From: an uncultured Acidobacteriota bacterium | GTDB taxonomy: Bacteria; Acidobacteriota; Terriglobia; Acidiferrales; UBA7541 | DNA: 64,000 nucleotides | Assembly (NCBI GenBank): GCA_963767225.1 | Contig: CAVYDD010000007.1 | Location: 53,887-117,886, forward strand | Direction of reading: 5' to 3' | Shown: piece after piece, positions 30,279 to 39,775 of the stretch | Layout of the letters: the number at the start of each line of letters is the position of its first letter | How positions within the stretch are numbered: position 1 is the stretch's first letter | Notes under the pieces: model-generated | What the model was told of the DNA's origin: nothing | Database searches by the model: none | The model's input: the letters and a program-made list of their open reading frames with translations, nothing else | Made by a program: the position numbers and the translations under genes

Positions 30279-30599
30279 TTACTGGCGGTATGGGGATTTA
30301 TCAATGGGCGGGGATTTGTCAATGCGCGGAGGCTTGAGCGGGGCCAGCTTATTGGCGGCGATACCGCTCGCTACCAGGACGAGCATTAGGATCAGCAGAG
30401 GTGGACGGAACGCCTGCCCACGAAATGTAATCGTGATTCCATATGACAAACCGGCAGCAGCCCAGTACACACCGTCAGCCCACGAGCAGCCGGTCTTGCT
30501 TCCGTCTGGAGCTTGCCTGGGACCGAACAGCAATGCGTTCGCGCTTCCGAGAACGGCGCCCCAGATTACAACCCCAATCCAGTCGTGTATGGTTCCCAT
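30279..30599 (-). CDS. hypothetical small membrane protein (2 TM)
   Basis: 106-aa ORF with two hydrophobic helices and a C-terminal tandem IDKSPPIDKSP. A weak RBS is the only other support. Confidence 0.3.
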   Translation of the reverse strand: MGTIHDWIGVVIWGAVLGSANALLFGPRQAPDGSKTGCSWADGVYWAAAGLSYGITITFRGQAFRPPLLILMLVLVASGIAANKLAPLKPPRIDKSPPIDKSPYRQ

Positions 30600-30964
30600 A
30601 CGAATTCTTCCGAGCGCTTAGGTATCAATTACCATAATCAACTTTTTGGTACACGTAATATTTCGAGCAAAAGGCGTGCGGCCCCATCGAGAGACTACGC
30701 ACGAACAATGCGGCTTTCAATGCCGATCACCTTCGGTGGGTGTTCTCCGCCGAGTGGGATTGCCCACAGCGTGTTTGCGCAGCCACATTTATGCGCGGGC
30801 GACGGGGAGTTTAGCTGCGGCTGAGTTTGCGGCATTTTGGCGGCAAGGTGTTGAGAATGCTGGGTCGGGGCCTCAGCTCGCATTCTGAGACTTCCTGTTT
30901 CCTCGATTGGCTACCTTCCTGCTTTTCGTCTGATTGCAGCCCAGCTCATAGGGAGGACTTGGCC

Positions 30965-31165
30965 ATGGAAAGCGGAATTGGATTTGTGGCGGTGGCAGGA
31001 GCGATTTTCGTTTCGTATGCGGTGGCGTTGGGGATGGAGTGGCTGAGCTTGGTGGTGCTGATGAAGCTGATGCCAGCGCGGCCTGCGGTGCAGACAGTGG
31101 CGCAGAGGATGGCGGCGAATTCGCCGGCGCGCAGGCGCGGCGGGTCGGAAAAGCAGGCGGCGTAG
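30965..31165 (+). CDS. hypothetical 66-aa two-TM membrane protein immediately upstream of SPFH gene (possible NfeD-like partner)
   Basis: RBS GGGAGGA six nt before ATG 30965. MESGIGFVAVAGAIFVSYAVALGMEWLSLVVLMKLM forms two TM helices. Ends 55 nt before the SPFH start. Confidence 0.35.
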   Translation: MESGIGFVAVAGAIFVSYAVALGMEWLSLVVLMKLMPARPAVQTVAQRMAANSPARRRGGSEKQAA

Positions 31166-31220
31166 CGAACAAGGCAAGAGCGGGAGCACAACCAAGAGTG
31201 GCTGTGCCACGAGGTGTCAC

Positions 31221-32780
31221 ATGCTTTTTCTGCGGCTGTTGTTGTTTTTGGTTAGTTTCGGGTTTTTGGCTGTGGCTGTTGGGATCGTGCTTTATGACAT
31301 TTATCTGGCGTTTGAACTGAATCGCATCCTGCGTTTAGGTGAGCGCGCGCCCAAAGATCCGGCCGTGAATCAGACTGCGGGGGCTTCGAGCGAAAGTGGT
31401 CCGCTGTCTGGAACAGTCGGCCCCACTGCCACGCCTGCTGCGCAGCCTACATTTTACTTGCCGCCACGATCGGCGGGGCCGCGGCGTGCGATCCGGTGGT
31501 CGGCTGCTGCGAAGCTTGCGGCGATTGCGGCGCTGTCGAGCCTGTTGGGCAAAAGCATTCTGGTGGTGCCGGATGGTTACGCGGCGGTACGTGTGAGCCA
31601 GATTTCGGGGGTGCGGCCGGGAACTTTGTATGCGGGGACGCATTGGCTCCTGCCGCTGATTCAGCGCGCGCAGCTTTTCGACATACGCGAGAAAGTTTAT
31701 TCGACGGCAGCGTCGGAGAATCCGCGGGACAAGGGACTCGAGGTGCTTACGGTGGAAGCACGCGAGGGATTGTCGGTGGGCCTCGCGGTGACGGTGCGTT
31801 ACCGGGTTGATCCGCGTCATTTGGATTATGTGGACGCGAACCTGCCGCAGCCGATCGAGGACGAGATTGTTGCGCCGGTGGTGACCAGCACTTTTCGCGA
31901 CCTCGCGCCGAATTACATCGTGCGTGATGTTTTTTCCACCAAGCGCGACGAATTCCGGCAGCGCGCGACGCAGGCCATCACGGCGCGACTCGGCGAGGAT
32001 CAAATCATCGTGAAGGAAGTGCTGCTGCGCAAAGTATTGCTGCCAGAACAGTACCAGCAGGGGTTGCAAGGCTTATTGATGAAGGAGCAGGAAGACGACC
32101 AGGTGACGGTGGACCAGAGCATCGAGCAGAAAAAAGTGAAGATCGCGGAATCGCAGGCGGAGGCGCAGAAGGTGCGGCAGATCAAGCACTCGGAAGCGGA
32201 CGCGCGCACGCGGGTGTTGATGGCGCAGGCGGAATCGGATGCGATGCAGTACACGTTGCCACTGAAGCAGAAACAGATCGAGCAATCGAAGCTCGAAGCG
32301 GAGGCGCGCAAGCAGACCACGATTGAAGATGCGGACGCGGCGGCGCAGGCGCGCGTAAAAAATGCCGAGGCGGAGGCGCAAGCCAAAGTGATTGACACCA
32401 AGGCGGAGCAGCAGCGGCGCACTTTGCTGGCGGCGACGCAGAACGAGGAAACGGTGAAGGGCGCCGAAGCGGCGGCGCAGGCGAAAGTGATTGACGGGAA
32501 AGCGGAAAAGGAGCGGCAGGATCTGCTGGCCGACGCGGAAGCGAATGAGATTCGCGTGACGGCGCAGGCGGGCGCGGAAAAAATGCAGCTGGAGGCGTCG
32601 GCGCTGAAGGTGAACCCGATGCTGGTGCAATTGACGGTGGCGCAGAGGTTGAGCGACCGCGTGCAGATCATGATGGTGCCGACGGACGGGAAATTTTTCT
32701 TTACGAATGATGTGCTGAAGTCGGCGCAGGCTTTTCCGGGGTTGAATGATGCGCCTTCGCGGGCTGGCGGGAAACCGTGA
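31221..32780 (+). CDS. SPFH/band-7 (prohibitin/flotillin-like) domain protein with long repetitive coiled-coil C-terminus
   Basis: N-terminal TM, then the band-7 core (VVPDGYAAVRV...LEVLTVEAREGLSVGLAVTVRYRVDP), then ~250 aa of Ala/Glu/Gln/Lys-rich heptad repeats with internal tandem repeats (AEAEAQAKVIDTKAE... / AEAAAQAKVIDGKAE...). Confidence 0.75.
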   Translation: MLFLRLLLFLVSFGFLAVAVGIVLYDIYLAFELNRILRLGERAPKDPAVNQTAGASSESGPLSGTVGPTATPAAQPTFYLPPRSAGPRRAIRWSAAAKLAAIAALSSLLGKSILVVPDGYAAVRVSQISGVRPGTLYAGTHWLLPLIQRAQLFDIREKVYSTAASENPRDKGLEVLTVEAREGLSVGLAVTVRYRVDPRHLDYVDANLPQPIEDEIVAPVVTSTFRDLAPNYIVRDVFSTKRDEFRQRATQAITARLGEDQIIVKEVLLRKVLLPEQYQQGLQGLLMKEQEDDQVTVDQSIEQKKVKIAESQAEAQKVRQIKHSEADARTRVLMAQAESDAMQYTLPLKQKQIEQSKLEAEARKQTTIEDADAAAQARVKNAEAEAQAKVIDTKAEQQRRTLLAATQNEETVKGAEAAAQAKVIDGKAEKERQDLLADAEANEIRVTAQAGAEKMQLEASALKVNPMLVQLTVAQRLSDRVQIMMVPTDGKFFFTNDVLKSAQAFPGLNDAPSRAGGKP

Positions 32781-33209
32781 TGCGGTGACTTTGGCACGCT
32801 GCGAAATCGATGGGATTCCCGGCCGGGGTTCTCGCGGCCTGTTCCGCGAGTAGGGCAGCCTGGTCTGGGAGTGACGCCGGCAAAAAACCCTTGCGGGTGG
32901 CACGGTGAGGACCAGGAGACAATGCGACGCGACCGCCGCAGCGAAGATTGCGTCCTGGAGCTGAGCCGCAGCTACCCTGCTGGCGTGAATTGCGGGAAGG
33001 CAAGAGAAGGAGCAGCGCCAGGAGTCGCTATGCCTCCAAGGCCGTCCGGCTAGAATCGAGGCGAGATCCTTCGCTGCGCAAACGATGACGAATCAGAGAA
33101 AGAACACAGGCGAGACTGCCCCTGCTACGGATTAACTGCGCGGACACTCGATGCGGGATGCGCGCGGCTTTGCGGATTCGGCGGTGTGCTAAGATGACGA
33201 TTCGCGAAT

Positions 33210-34334
33210 GTGATTTACGATTCGCGCACACTGATGCGGCCTTCCTGCCGGATTCCTCTCGCCATTCGCATTGCGCTGTACACGATTCTGATTGGCTTCT
33301 TTTTGGGCGCTACATCGGGTGTGAGTCATACGCAGACGACGTCCACGCTGCCAAAATCTTGGAATGATGCGGCGGCTAAGCTTGCCGACAAGGTTGCCGC
33401 AGCAATGAGCCCCACTTCTGTGAGGCTCGAAGTGGAAAACCTCTCTTCGCTCGACGATTCGAACGCCGGCGCTATCGAAGCGGCGGTTCGAACACAATTG
33501 CAACGCCACAGTTTCTCGTTTGTGCCAGAAAATTCCGCTGCCGCGCAATCCGTCGTGCCATTGCAGCTCTCACTTTCTGAATCCGCCGACGAATATGTCT
33601 GGGTGATGCAAGTTCTCAACGATTCGAGCGATGGGGCTGCGGTTCCGGTGATGATCGTCGCGGCGCCCAAAGTGGTTTCTGCCGATGCGGGAGCCGAAGC
33701 GCAGTCCCTGTCGCTGCAAGGGCGGTTGGTGTGGAAGCAGGCGGAACGGTTTTTGGACTTTGCGCTGCTGAAAGATCCGGCTTCGGGTGAGCTGACGCTT
33801 TTGGTCCTGGGAACGAACCGCCTTACAACGTACAAACTCGCGAGGTCTCAATGGCAAGCTTCGCGCACGAGCCCTATTCCGCAGGCGACGCCTCCGGCCC
33901 GCGACCCACAGGGCACGATTGATCTGAAGGAAGGAAGAATATCGCTCAGAGGCTTTGAGTGCGTAGGCGATCCGGAGCTCACGGGAATCCTGCAATGTAA
34001 GGGCCTCCAAACGCCCCGCGTTCTTGGTGGCCCCGTCGTCGAAATACCGGGCCTGCCGAATAGCTTGGGTACGAGTATTCCCGAAACATGCCATAGCGAA
34101 TTCGTTTTGTTGTTTACTGCGGAGGGTGATTGGACGCAGAGCGACTCGATTCGAGGATACTTGTCGAAAGGCACTCCCCTACCGGCGGTCCCCTCCGGCA
34201 ACCCAGTGGAATTCGACGGACCGGTGGTGGCTTTGCATCCTGAGCCAGAGGGCAGCTCCGCGCGCGCGGTCGTTCACAATCTGAAGACCGGTGAATACGA
34301 GGCTTATATTGTTACAGCGATTTGCGGTAATTAG
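33210..34334 (+). CDS. hypothetical secreted protein
   Basis: 374 aa with N-terminal hydrophobic signal (ALYTILIGFFLGATSGVSHTQ). Coding-like codon bias and no recognised domain. Its stop overlaps the next gene by 44 nt. Confidence 0.45.
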   Translation: MIYDSRTLMRPSCRIPLAIRIALYTILIGFFLGATSGVSHTQTTSTLPKSWNDAAAKLADKVAAAMSPTSVRLEVENLSSLDDSNAGAIEAAVRTQLQRHSFSFVPENSAAAQSVVPLQLSLSESADEYVWVMQVLNDSSDGAAVPVMIVAAPKVVSADAGAEAQSLSLQGRLVWKQAERFLDFALLKDPASGELTLLVLGTNRLTTYKLARSQWQASRTSPIPQATPPARDPQGTIDLKEGRISLRGFECVGDPELTGILQCKGLQTPRVLGGPVVEIPGLPNSLGTSIPETCHSEFVLLFTAEGDWTQSDSIRGYLSKGTPLPAVPSGNPVEFDGPVVALHPEPEGSSARAVVHNLKTGEYEAYIVTAICGN

Positions 34335-35370
34335 CGCGCTGGCGGTTGTGACATTTGCCGTGATGCCTGCGCGGAGTGCGCGGCGGCCGCGGTATGGGGG
34401 GACCTTGCGCGTGGAGATTGGGGCGAGTATTGCATCGCTTGATCCGCCTGTCGCGACCTCCTCGCCGGAAGAAGTGGTGGCACTCGCGCAGATCGGGCCG
34501 CTTGTGTTTGAGCATTGGGGCGCGGTTGATACGCCTATCGGAGCGGCTGGGAGTGGGCCGTTTCGGGTGACGGCGTTCGAGGCGGGCAAGCGGGCGGTGC
34601 TGGCGGCGAATGAGGAATTTCGCGAGGGGCGACCATTTGTGGATGGGATTGAGATTGCCATGGGGCGGAGCGCACACGAGCGGCTTGTTGACCTGGAATT
34701 GAGCAAAACGGATCTGACGGAGATTGCGCCGCAAGATGCGCGGCGGGCCGCGGAACAGGGGGTACGCGTTAGCGCTTCGCAGCCGGACGAATTGCTGGCG
34801 CTGGTTTTTGTCGGTGGGAATACTGCGCCGAACGCAGCAACCGCGGCGAGTGCTCGCTCGACCGCAAAGGTTTCTGGCCAAGCGACCGCACAAAAGACCG
34901 GGCCAGCGAATGGACCGGCGCGCGGTGGGGCAGCCGAACCGGCAATGGGGCAGGCGCTATCGCTTGCGATTGATCGCGTTGCGATTGTAAATTTTATTTT
35001 GCAGAAGACTGGGGAAGCTGCGGGCGGGTTGCTGCCGCAGTGGTCGAGTGGGGCTGCGTTTTTGTTTCCGGCGGGGGCGCCGAGCGCGGCGGATCTGGAG
35101 CACGCGAAGGAACTCTCGAAGGAAATCGCGGCGGCGGGGCCTTTGGTGTTGGGATATGATTCCGCTGATCCGCTGGAGCAGAGTGTGGCGGAGCGAATTG
35201 TGGTGAACGCGAAGGAAGCGGGGATGGCATTGCGGGCGCAGGCTATTCCTGGTGCTGCCGTGGGGAATTCGCGCAGCGCCGGGTTGCAAACGGTGCATGT
35301 AGATGCGCGATTGGTGCGCTGGCGGATGACGTCGCCGCAGCCGGGCGAGGCGCTCCGGAGCATTTTTTAG
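34291..35370 (+). CDS. secreted protein with SBP_bac_5-like (ABC substrate-binding family 5) N-terminal region, short/divergent
   Basis: Signal peptide MNTRLILLQRFAVISALAVVTFAVMPARSA followed by a YGGTLRV motif typical of family-5 solute-binding proteins. Only 359 aa, against ~500 for the family. Confidence 0.4.
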   Translation: MNTRLILLQRFAVISALAVVTFAVMPARSARRPRYGGTLRVEIGASIASLDPPVATSSPEEVVALAQIGPLVFEHWGAVDTPIGAAGSGPFRVTAFEAGKRAVLAANEEFREGRPFVDGIEIAMGRSAHERLVDLELSKTDLTEIAPQDARRAAEQGVRVSASQPDELLALVFVGGNTAPNAATAASARSTAKVSGQATAQKTGPANGPARGGAAEPAMGQALSLAIDRVAIVNFILQKTGEAAGGLLPQWSSGAAFLFPAGAPSAADLEHAKELSKEIAAAGPLVLGYDSADPLEQSVAERIVVNAKEAGMALRAQAIPGAAVGNSRSAGLQTVHVDARLVRWRMTSPQPGEALRSIF

Positions 35371-35643
35371 CGGTTGATACGGACACGATGAAGCCGCTAG
35401 ACGCAGTACCGTTCCCGGACCGGCAACGCCGGAGGACATTTATAAGCAGCAGCGGGCGGTGTTGAACACGTATCGCGTGGTGCCGTTGGTTTGGCTGCCG
35501 CAGGTTTACGGTCTCAGCGCGCGCGTGCGGGATTGGAAAGCGCCGGGGCCGGGCGAGAATTGGCCGCTGGCGGATGTTTGGTTGGAAGCAGATGTGGCGA
35601 CGGGCGTGCAGTGAGGTGGTGTCGCAGACCTGGAGTGGGAACT

Positions 35644-35700
35644 GCAGCGGCTAAAGCCGCGCGGAAATTACAATGCTGCTGTCGTGGCTAAAGCCACGAC
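35644..35700. repeat. pair of REP-like hairpins (GCAGCGGCTAAAGCCGC and GTCGTGGCTAAAGCCACGAC)
   Basis: Two stem-loops share a GGCTAAAGCC core with a TAAA loop. The first is identical to the 17-mer at 41611-41627, and the second forms a perfect 8-bp stem. Confidence 0.45.
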
Positions 35701-35784
35701 CCACAAAGATTCTAGGACGCACAGGCAAGAGGGGCGCCTCCGTCGAGACTTCGGCGGGCGGCCCCGTACCACCAAAGGAACATC

Positions 35785-37620
35785 GTGACGTTTCGGACCA
35801 GGTTGTTCGTCAACTTTATGCTGGCGCTGCTGCTGTCGGTGGGATTGATCGCGGCGGGGGTCACCGTCGTGACGCGGCGGGCGTTTGAGGAAATGAATCG
35901 CGAGCACAGCGATGCACTGCTGGCGCAATTTCAGCGCGAGTTCGAGCGGCGCGGCAGCGAAGTGGTGCAAAGCGTGAAGGGCATCGCCGACGCGGAGTCG
36001 ACCGTGCGGATGGCGATAGATTTGAGCCGGCCGAACGCGGATGTGTCGGTATATGTGAACGACGCGCACGGCGTTTCGAAATCGCACCAGTTGGACGTGC
36101 TGGATTTCGTGAACAACGACGGGACAATTATTTCCTCGCAGGAGTCCCCGGCGCGCTTCAGCTACAAAATGGAATGGGTGACCAAGCCACAGGATTGGCC
36201 GGCGCTCGGGCCGTTCCTGACGAAACTCGATACCGAAAACGGGCCGGCGCTGGCGCTGCTGTCTGTTGCTACGGTGCGCGTGGGTGACCGGGATTTGTAC
36301 GTGGTGGGCGGTGAACGATTGGGCAAGGATTTTCTGGCTTCACTGGTGCTGCCGGGGAACATGCGCGCGCTGTTGTATTTGAATCTGGATCCGGAATTTC
36401 AAGATGCGAATTTGCTGGACGCGAATGGGCCGACGCCGGATGCGGATCGGTTCGCGCCACTGGTAGCGAACGAAAAGGCGGACCCGGTCGAGCAGTCCAC
36501 CGAGATCCGCTGGAGCATTGACGCGGCGAGTGCGGAGATGTTTCACGCGTTGCCTTTGCAGGGGCGGCAGAAGGAATTACTGGGCGTGTTATTTGTAGGC
36601 AGCTCGCAGCGCGCCGTCGTGAGTTTGGAGCGGCGGATTCGCTGGCTGGCGTTGGGAGTAGTGGCGGTGGGATTGTTGTTTGGGCTGATGTTGAGCTGGT
36701 GGGGCGCGGCGCGGGTGACGCGTCCGGTGCAGAAACTGGCGCAGGGCGCACAGGAAGTGGCGGATGGGAATTGGAACGCGCGCGTGAATGTGCGCGGGCG
36801 CGATGAAGTGGGGCAGCTGGCGACCTCGTTCAACAAGATGACGGAGCAGTTGGTGGAGCAGCGCGACAAACTGGTGCAGGTGGAGCGCGTGGCGGCGTGG
36901 CGGGAACTGGCGCGGCGGCTGGCGCACGAATTGAAGAATCCGTTGTTTCCGCTGCAGACGACCGTGGAGAATTTGCGCAAAGCGCGTGAGCAGGATTCCG
37001 GGCAATTCGAGGAAGTTTTTCAGGAGTCGACGGGCATATTGCTGGCGGAGATTGAAAACCTGAAGGCGATCGTGGGGCGCTTCAGCGATTTCGCGAAGAT
37101 GCCGCAGCCGGAATTGAGCACGATGAACCTGAACGAGATCGTGCGCACGGTGGTAAAGCTTTTCGAAGGACAATTCAGCGCGGTGGGGCGCCCGGCGATT
37201 ACTCCGGAGCTGCATTTGGAGGATGAACTGCCGCAGCTCCAGGCGGACGCGACGCTGCTGCACCGGGCCATCGAGAACCTGGTGCTGAACGCGATGGATG
37301 CGATGCCTGCGGGCGGCGTGCTGATGTTGCGCACGGCGCACAAGGATGGCGAAGTGACGCTGGAGATTTCGGATACTGGCACGGGACTAACGCCGGAAGA
37401 ATCCGAGCGGCTGTTCACGCCGTATTACACGACCAAGCAGCACGGAACTGGGCTGGGGCTCGCGATCGTCCAGGCGGTGGTGGCGGATCATGGCGGGCGA
37501 ATTTCTGTTGAGAGCGAGACAGGCGTTGGGACTTCGTTCCATATTGACCTGCCGATTAAGCCGCCGCACAAGGCGCAGACTTTTCCGATGGTCTTCGAGA
37601 AAAAAGAAGACGAGGCGTAG
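35785..37620 (+). CDS. sensor histidine kinase (NtrY-like: 2 TM, periplasmic sensor, HAMP, HisKA, HATPase)
   Basis: GTG start with AAAGGAA RBS. TM1 at the N-terminus, TM2 at ~aa 290, followed by HAMP, an H-box (AHELKNPLFPLQTTVENL), and N/G1/G2 boxes (NAMDAM...DTGTGL...GTGLGLAIV). Confidence 0.85.
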   Translation: MTFRTRLFVNFMLALLLSVGLIAAGVTVVTRRAFEEMNREHSDALLAQFQREFERRGSEVVQSVKGIADAESTVRMAIDLSRPNADVSVYVNDAHGVSKSHQLDVLDFVNNDGTIISSQESPARFSYKMEWVTKPQDWPALGPFLTKLDTENGPALALLSVATVRVGDRDLYVVGGERLGKDFLASLVLPGNMRALLYLNLDPEFQDANLLDANGPTPDADRFAPLVANEKADPVEQSTEIRWSIDAASAEMFHALPLQGRQKELLGVLFVGSSQRAVVSLERRIRWLALGVVAVGLLFGLMLSWWGAARVTRPVQKLAQGAQEVADGNWNARVNVRGRDEVGQLATSFNKMTEQLVEQRDKLVQVERVAAWRELARRLAHELKNPLFPLQTTVENLRKAREQDSGQFEEVFQESTGILLAEIENLKAIVGRFSDFAKMPQPELSTMNLNEIVRTVVKLFEGQFSAVGRPAITPELHLEDELPQLQADATLLHRAIENLVLNAMDAMPAGGVLMLRTAHKDGEVTLEISDTGTGLTPEESERLFTPYYTTKQHGTGLGLAIVQAVVADHGGRISVESETGVGTSFHIDLPIKPPHKAQTFPMVFEKKEDEA

Positions 37621-37626
37621 CCGCCT

Positions 37627-39024
37627 GTGTCCGTAAAAGCCCACATATTGATTATTGATGATGACGCGAACACGCTGGCGTCCTTGGCGCGTGCGTTTCG
37701 GTTGGCGGGGCATGAGGCGACGGTTTGCGACAATGCGGCACGGGCGCTCGAGTTGGCGAAAGCCGAGCGCTTCGATCTGATTCTTTCCGATGTGGTGATG
37801 CCGGGGCGCGACGGGATCGCTCTGCTCGAAGATTTCAAGGCGATCGGACTAGCTTCGCCGGTGGTGATGATGTCGGGGCAGGCTTCGATTGCCATGGCGG
37901 TGAAGGCTACGCTGCTGGGAGCGAGCGATTTTCTGGAGAAGCCCATTTCGAGTGAGAAGCTCTTGCTGACGGTGGAGAACGCGCTGCGCGTGCGCCATCT
38001 GGAGGAAGAAAATCGCGATCTAAAGCGGCGATTGGGGCGGCATCACATTGTGTGGGCCAGCGCGGCGATGAAGGAAGTGATGGCGCAGGTGGAGCACGTG
38101 GCCGCGAGCGAAACGCGGGTTTGCATTCGCGGCGAGACGGGGACGGGGAAAGAATTGATTGCGCGGACGCTGCACGAGAAAAGTCCGCGGCGTGGTGGGC
38201 CATTTATTTCGCTGAATTGCGCGGCGGTGCCTTCGGAGTTGATGGAAACCGAATTGTTCGGACACGAGAAGGGGTCGTTTACGGGGGCGGCTTCGCGGCA
38301 CACCGGGAAATTCGAGCAGGCGCATCATGGTACGTTGTTTCTGGATGAGATCGGCGACATGCCCATGACTATGCAGGCGAAATTATTGCGCGTGCTGGAA
38401 GAAGGCGAGATCGAGCGAGTGGGCGGGGACAAGCCGTTCGCAGTGGATGTGCGCGTGGTGGTGGCGACGCATCGCAATTTGGAAGAGCAGGTGCGGCAGG
38501 GAACTTTTCGCGAGGATTTGTATCATCGCGTGTTTGTGTTTCCGATTGTGTTGCCGCCTTTGCGCGAACGGCGCGAGGACGTGCGCGTGCTGGCTGAGCA
38601 TTTCGTGCGGCAGTTGGAGGAGCAGAATAATTGGAAGCTGCGGAAGTTGTCGGCGGAGGCGATTGCGGAGCTGGAGCGTTATTCATGGCCGGGCAATGTG
38701 CGGGAACTGCGGAATGTGGTGGAGCGCGTGTTGCTGCTGGCGCCCGGGGATTTGGTAGAGGCGGAGACGGTGCGGCGGGCGTTGCCTGGCGCAGCGGTGA
38801 GTGGTGGCGTCGGCGGGAAAGCGCCGTCGGGAACTGCCATGGAGACCGGGATGTTGTCGCAGCGGGTCGAGGCTTTCGAGCGTGAGACGCTGGTGGCGGA
38901 ATTGAAGCGGCATCATCATCACATGACGAATACTGCGAAGGCTTTGGGTTTGGAGCGCAGTCATCTATATAAGAAGTGCCAGCAGCTAGGAATTGATTTG
39001 CGGGCGGTACGGCAGACAGAATAG
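37627..39024 (+). CDS. sigma-54-dependent response regulator (NtrC/NtrX family: REC-AAA+-HTH)
   Basis: REC domain (ILIIDDD...DLILSDVVMPGRDG), AAA+ Walker A GETGTGKE, GSFTGAA sigma-54 contact motif, C-terminal Fis-type HTH. Confidence 0.9.
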   Translation: MSVKAHILIIDDDANTLASLARAFRLAGHEATVCDNAARALELAKAERFDLILSDVVMPGRDGIALLEDFKAIGLASPVVMMSGQASIAMAVKATLLGASDFLEKPISSEKLLLTVENALRVRHLEEENRDLKRRLGRHHIVWASAAMKEVMAQVEHVAASETRVCIRGETGTGKELIARTLHEKSPRRGGPFISLNCAAVPSELMETELFGHEKGSFTGAASRHTGKFEQAHHGTLFLDEIGDMPMTMQAKLLRVLEEGEIERVGGDKPFAVDVRVVVATHRNLEEQVRQGTFREDLYHRVFVFPIVLPPLRERREDVRVLAEHFVRQLEEQNNWKLRKLSAEAIAELERYSWPGNVRELRNVVERVLLLAPGDLVEAETVRRALPGAAVSGGVGGKAPSGTAMETGMLSQRVEAFERETLVAELKRHHHHMTNTAKALGLERSHLYKKCQQLGIDLRAVRQTE

Positions 39025-39049
39025 AGCCGGAAATGTTGTTTGCCGCCTG

Positions 39050-39775
39050 CTACGAAGGTGTTTGTGATTTCTTGCGCGAGGAAATCAGGTAGCTTGACGC
39101 AATATAAAGGATGATGGACACCGCCATGGTGATCCACATCGCCTGGGAATTCAGAGTTACTGCAAAAACGGTGATGGCTGCGAAAAATCCCCACATAAAG
39201 AGTTCGCCCAGGAATGCCTGTTTCCAGTGAGGCTCTAGCCCACTGTCTGGCAGGCGCGGTTCGAGCGACGGCCATAGCCGGGGAACGCGGCGGCAGAATT
39301 CAATGTAGGATTCGCCCTGCTCTCTTTGCAGATTGGATTCTTCCAGGCCAATGAGGCGCAGGCAGAAAATCAGATTCCCCACCACGATCAGCAGGAATCC
39401 CGCGCGGCTTGCCAGCAGGCCCATGCAGAACGACATCAGAATATTTCCGAGGTAGAGAGGATTGCGCACGTGGCGGTAGGGACCGGAGGCCACGATTTTC
39501 TCAGCGCGCAGGTCGTTGTCCTGCATTACATCAGACGGAGGTAGGACGTGGCCCAGGTGCGCAGCAGCGCGGTGAGCAGCATGAGCAGCGCGGCGAAAGC
39601 GAGGGCGCAGCGCGCGAGCAGATCGGCGTGGGAGATTTTCGCCGACGGTGCGGTTGACCAGATATTGCACGACGTTGACGTGATCAAGCGCGTAGAGCCA
39701 GAAGCCTAGGCCGAAGATCAGGCCGAAAATCCAGAAGCGATTGCGAAATTCGAAATCGGTGGCTTTCATGAGGCT
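39050..39775 (-). pseudogene. isoprenylcysteine carboxyl methyltransferase (ICMT)/phospholipid methyltransferase family gene with two compensating frameshifts
   Basis: Strong RBS AGGAGACAGGAG before ATG MKATDFEF at 39775. Conserved SGPYRHVRNPLYLG motif. Between ~39560 and ~39650 the coding frame (GC3 ~90%, ADLLARCALAFAALLMLLTALLRTWATSYL) lies in the +1 frame relative to the flanks, whereas the annotated frame there has GC3 ~50% and reads RRSARALRPRFRRAAHAAH. Confidence 0.5.

Noticed and set aside
32100-32640. Tandem repeats in the SPFH coiled-coil region considered as possible CRISPR or VNTR
   Set aside because: Repeats are in-frame protein-level heptads with divergent nucleotide sequence and no repeat-spacer periodicity. 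No cas genes nearby.
32000-32903. Two long minus-strand ORFs (265 and 276 aa) antisense to the SPFH gene
   Set aside because: They exist because the coiled-coil region's GCN/GAG/CAG codon repeats lack stop codons in other frames. Their products are Cys/Ser/Arg low-complexity with no start context.
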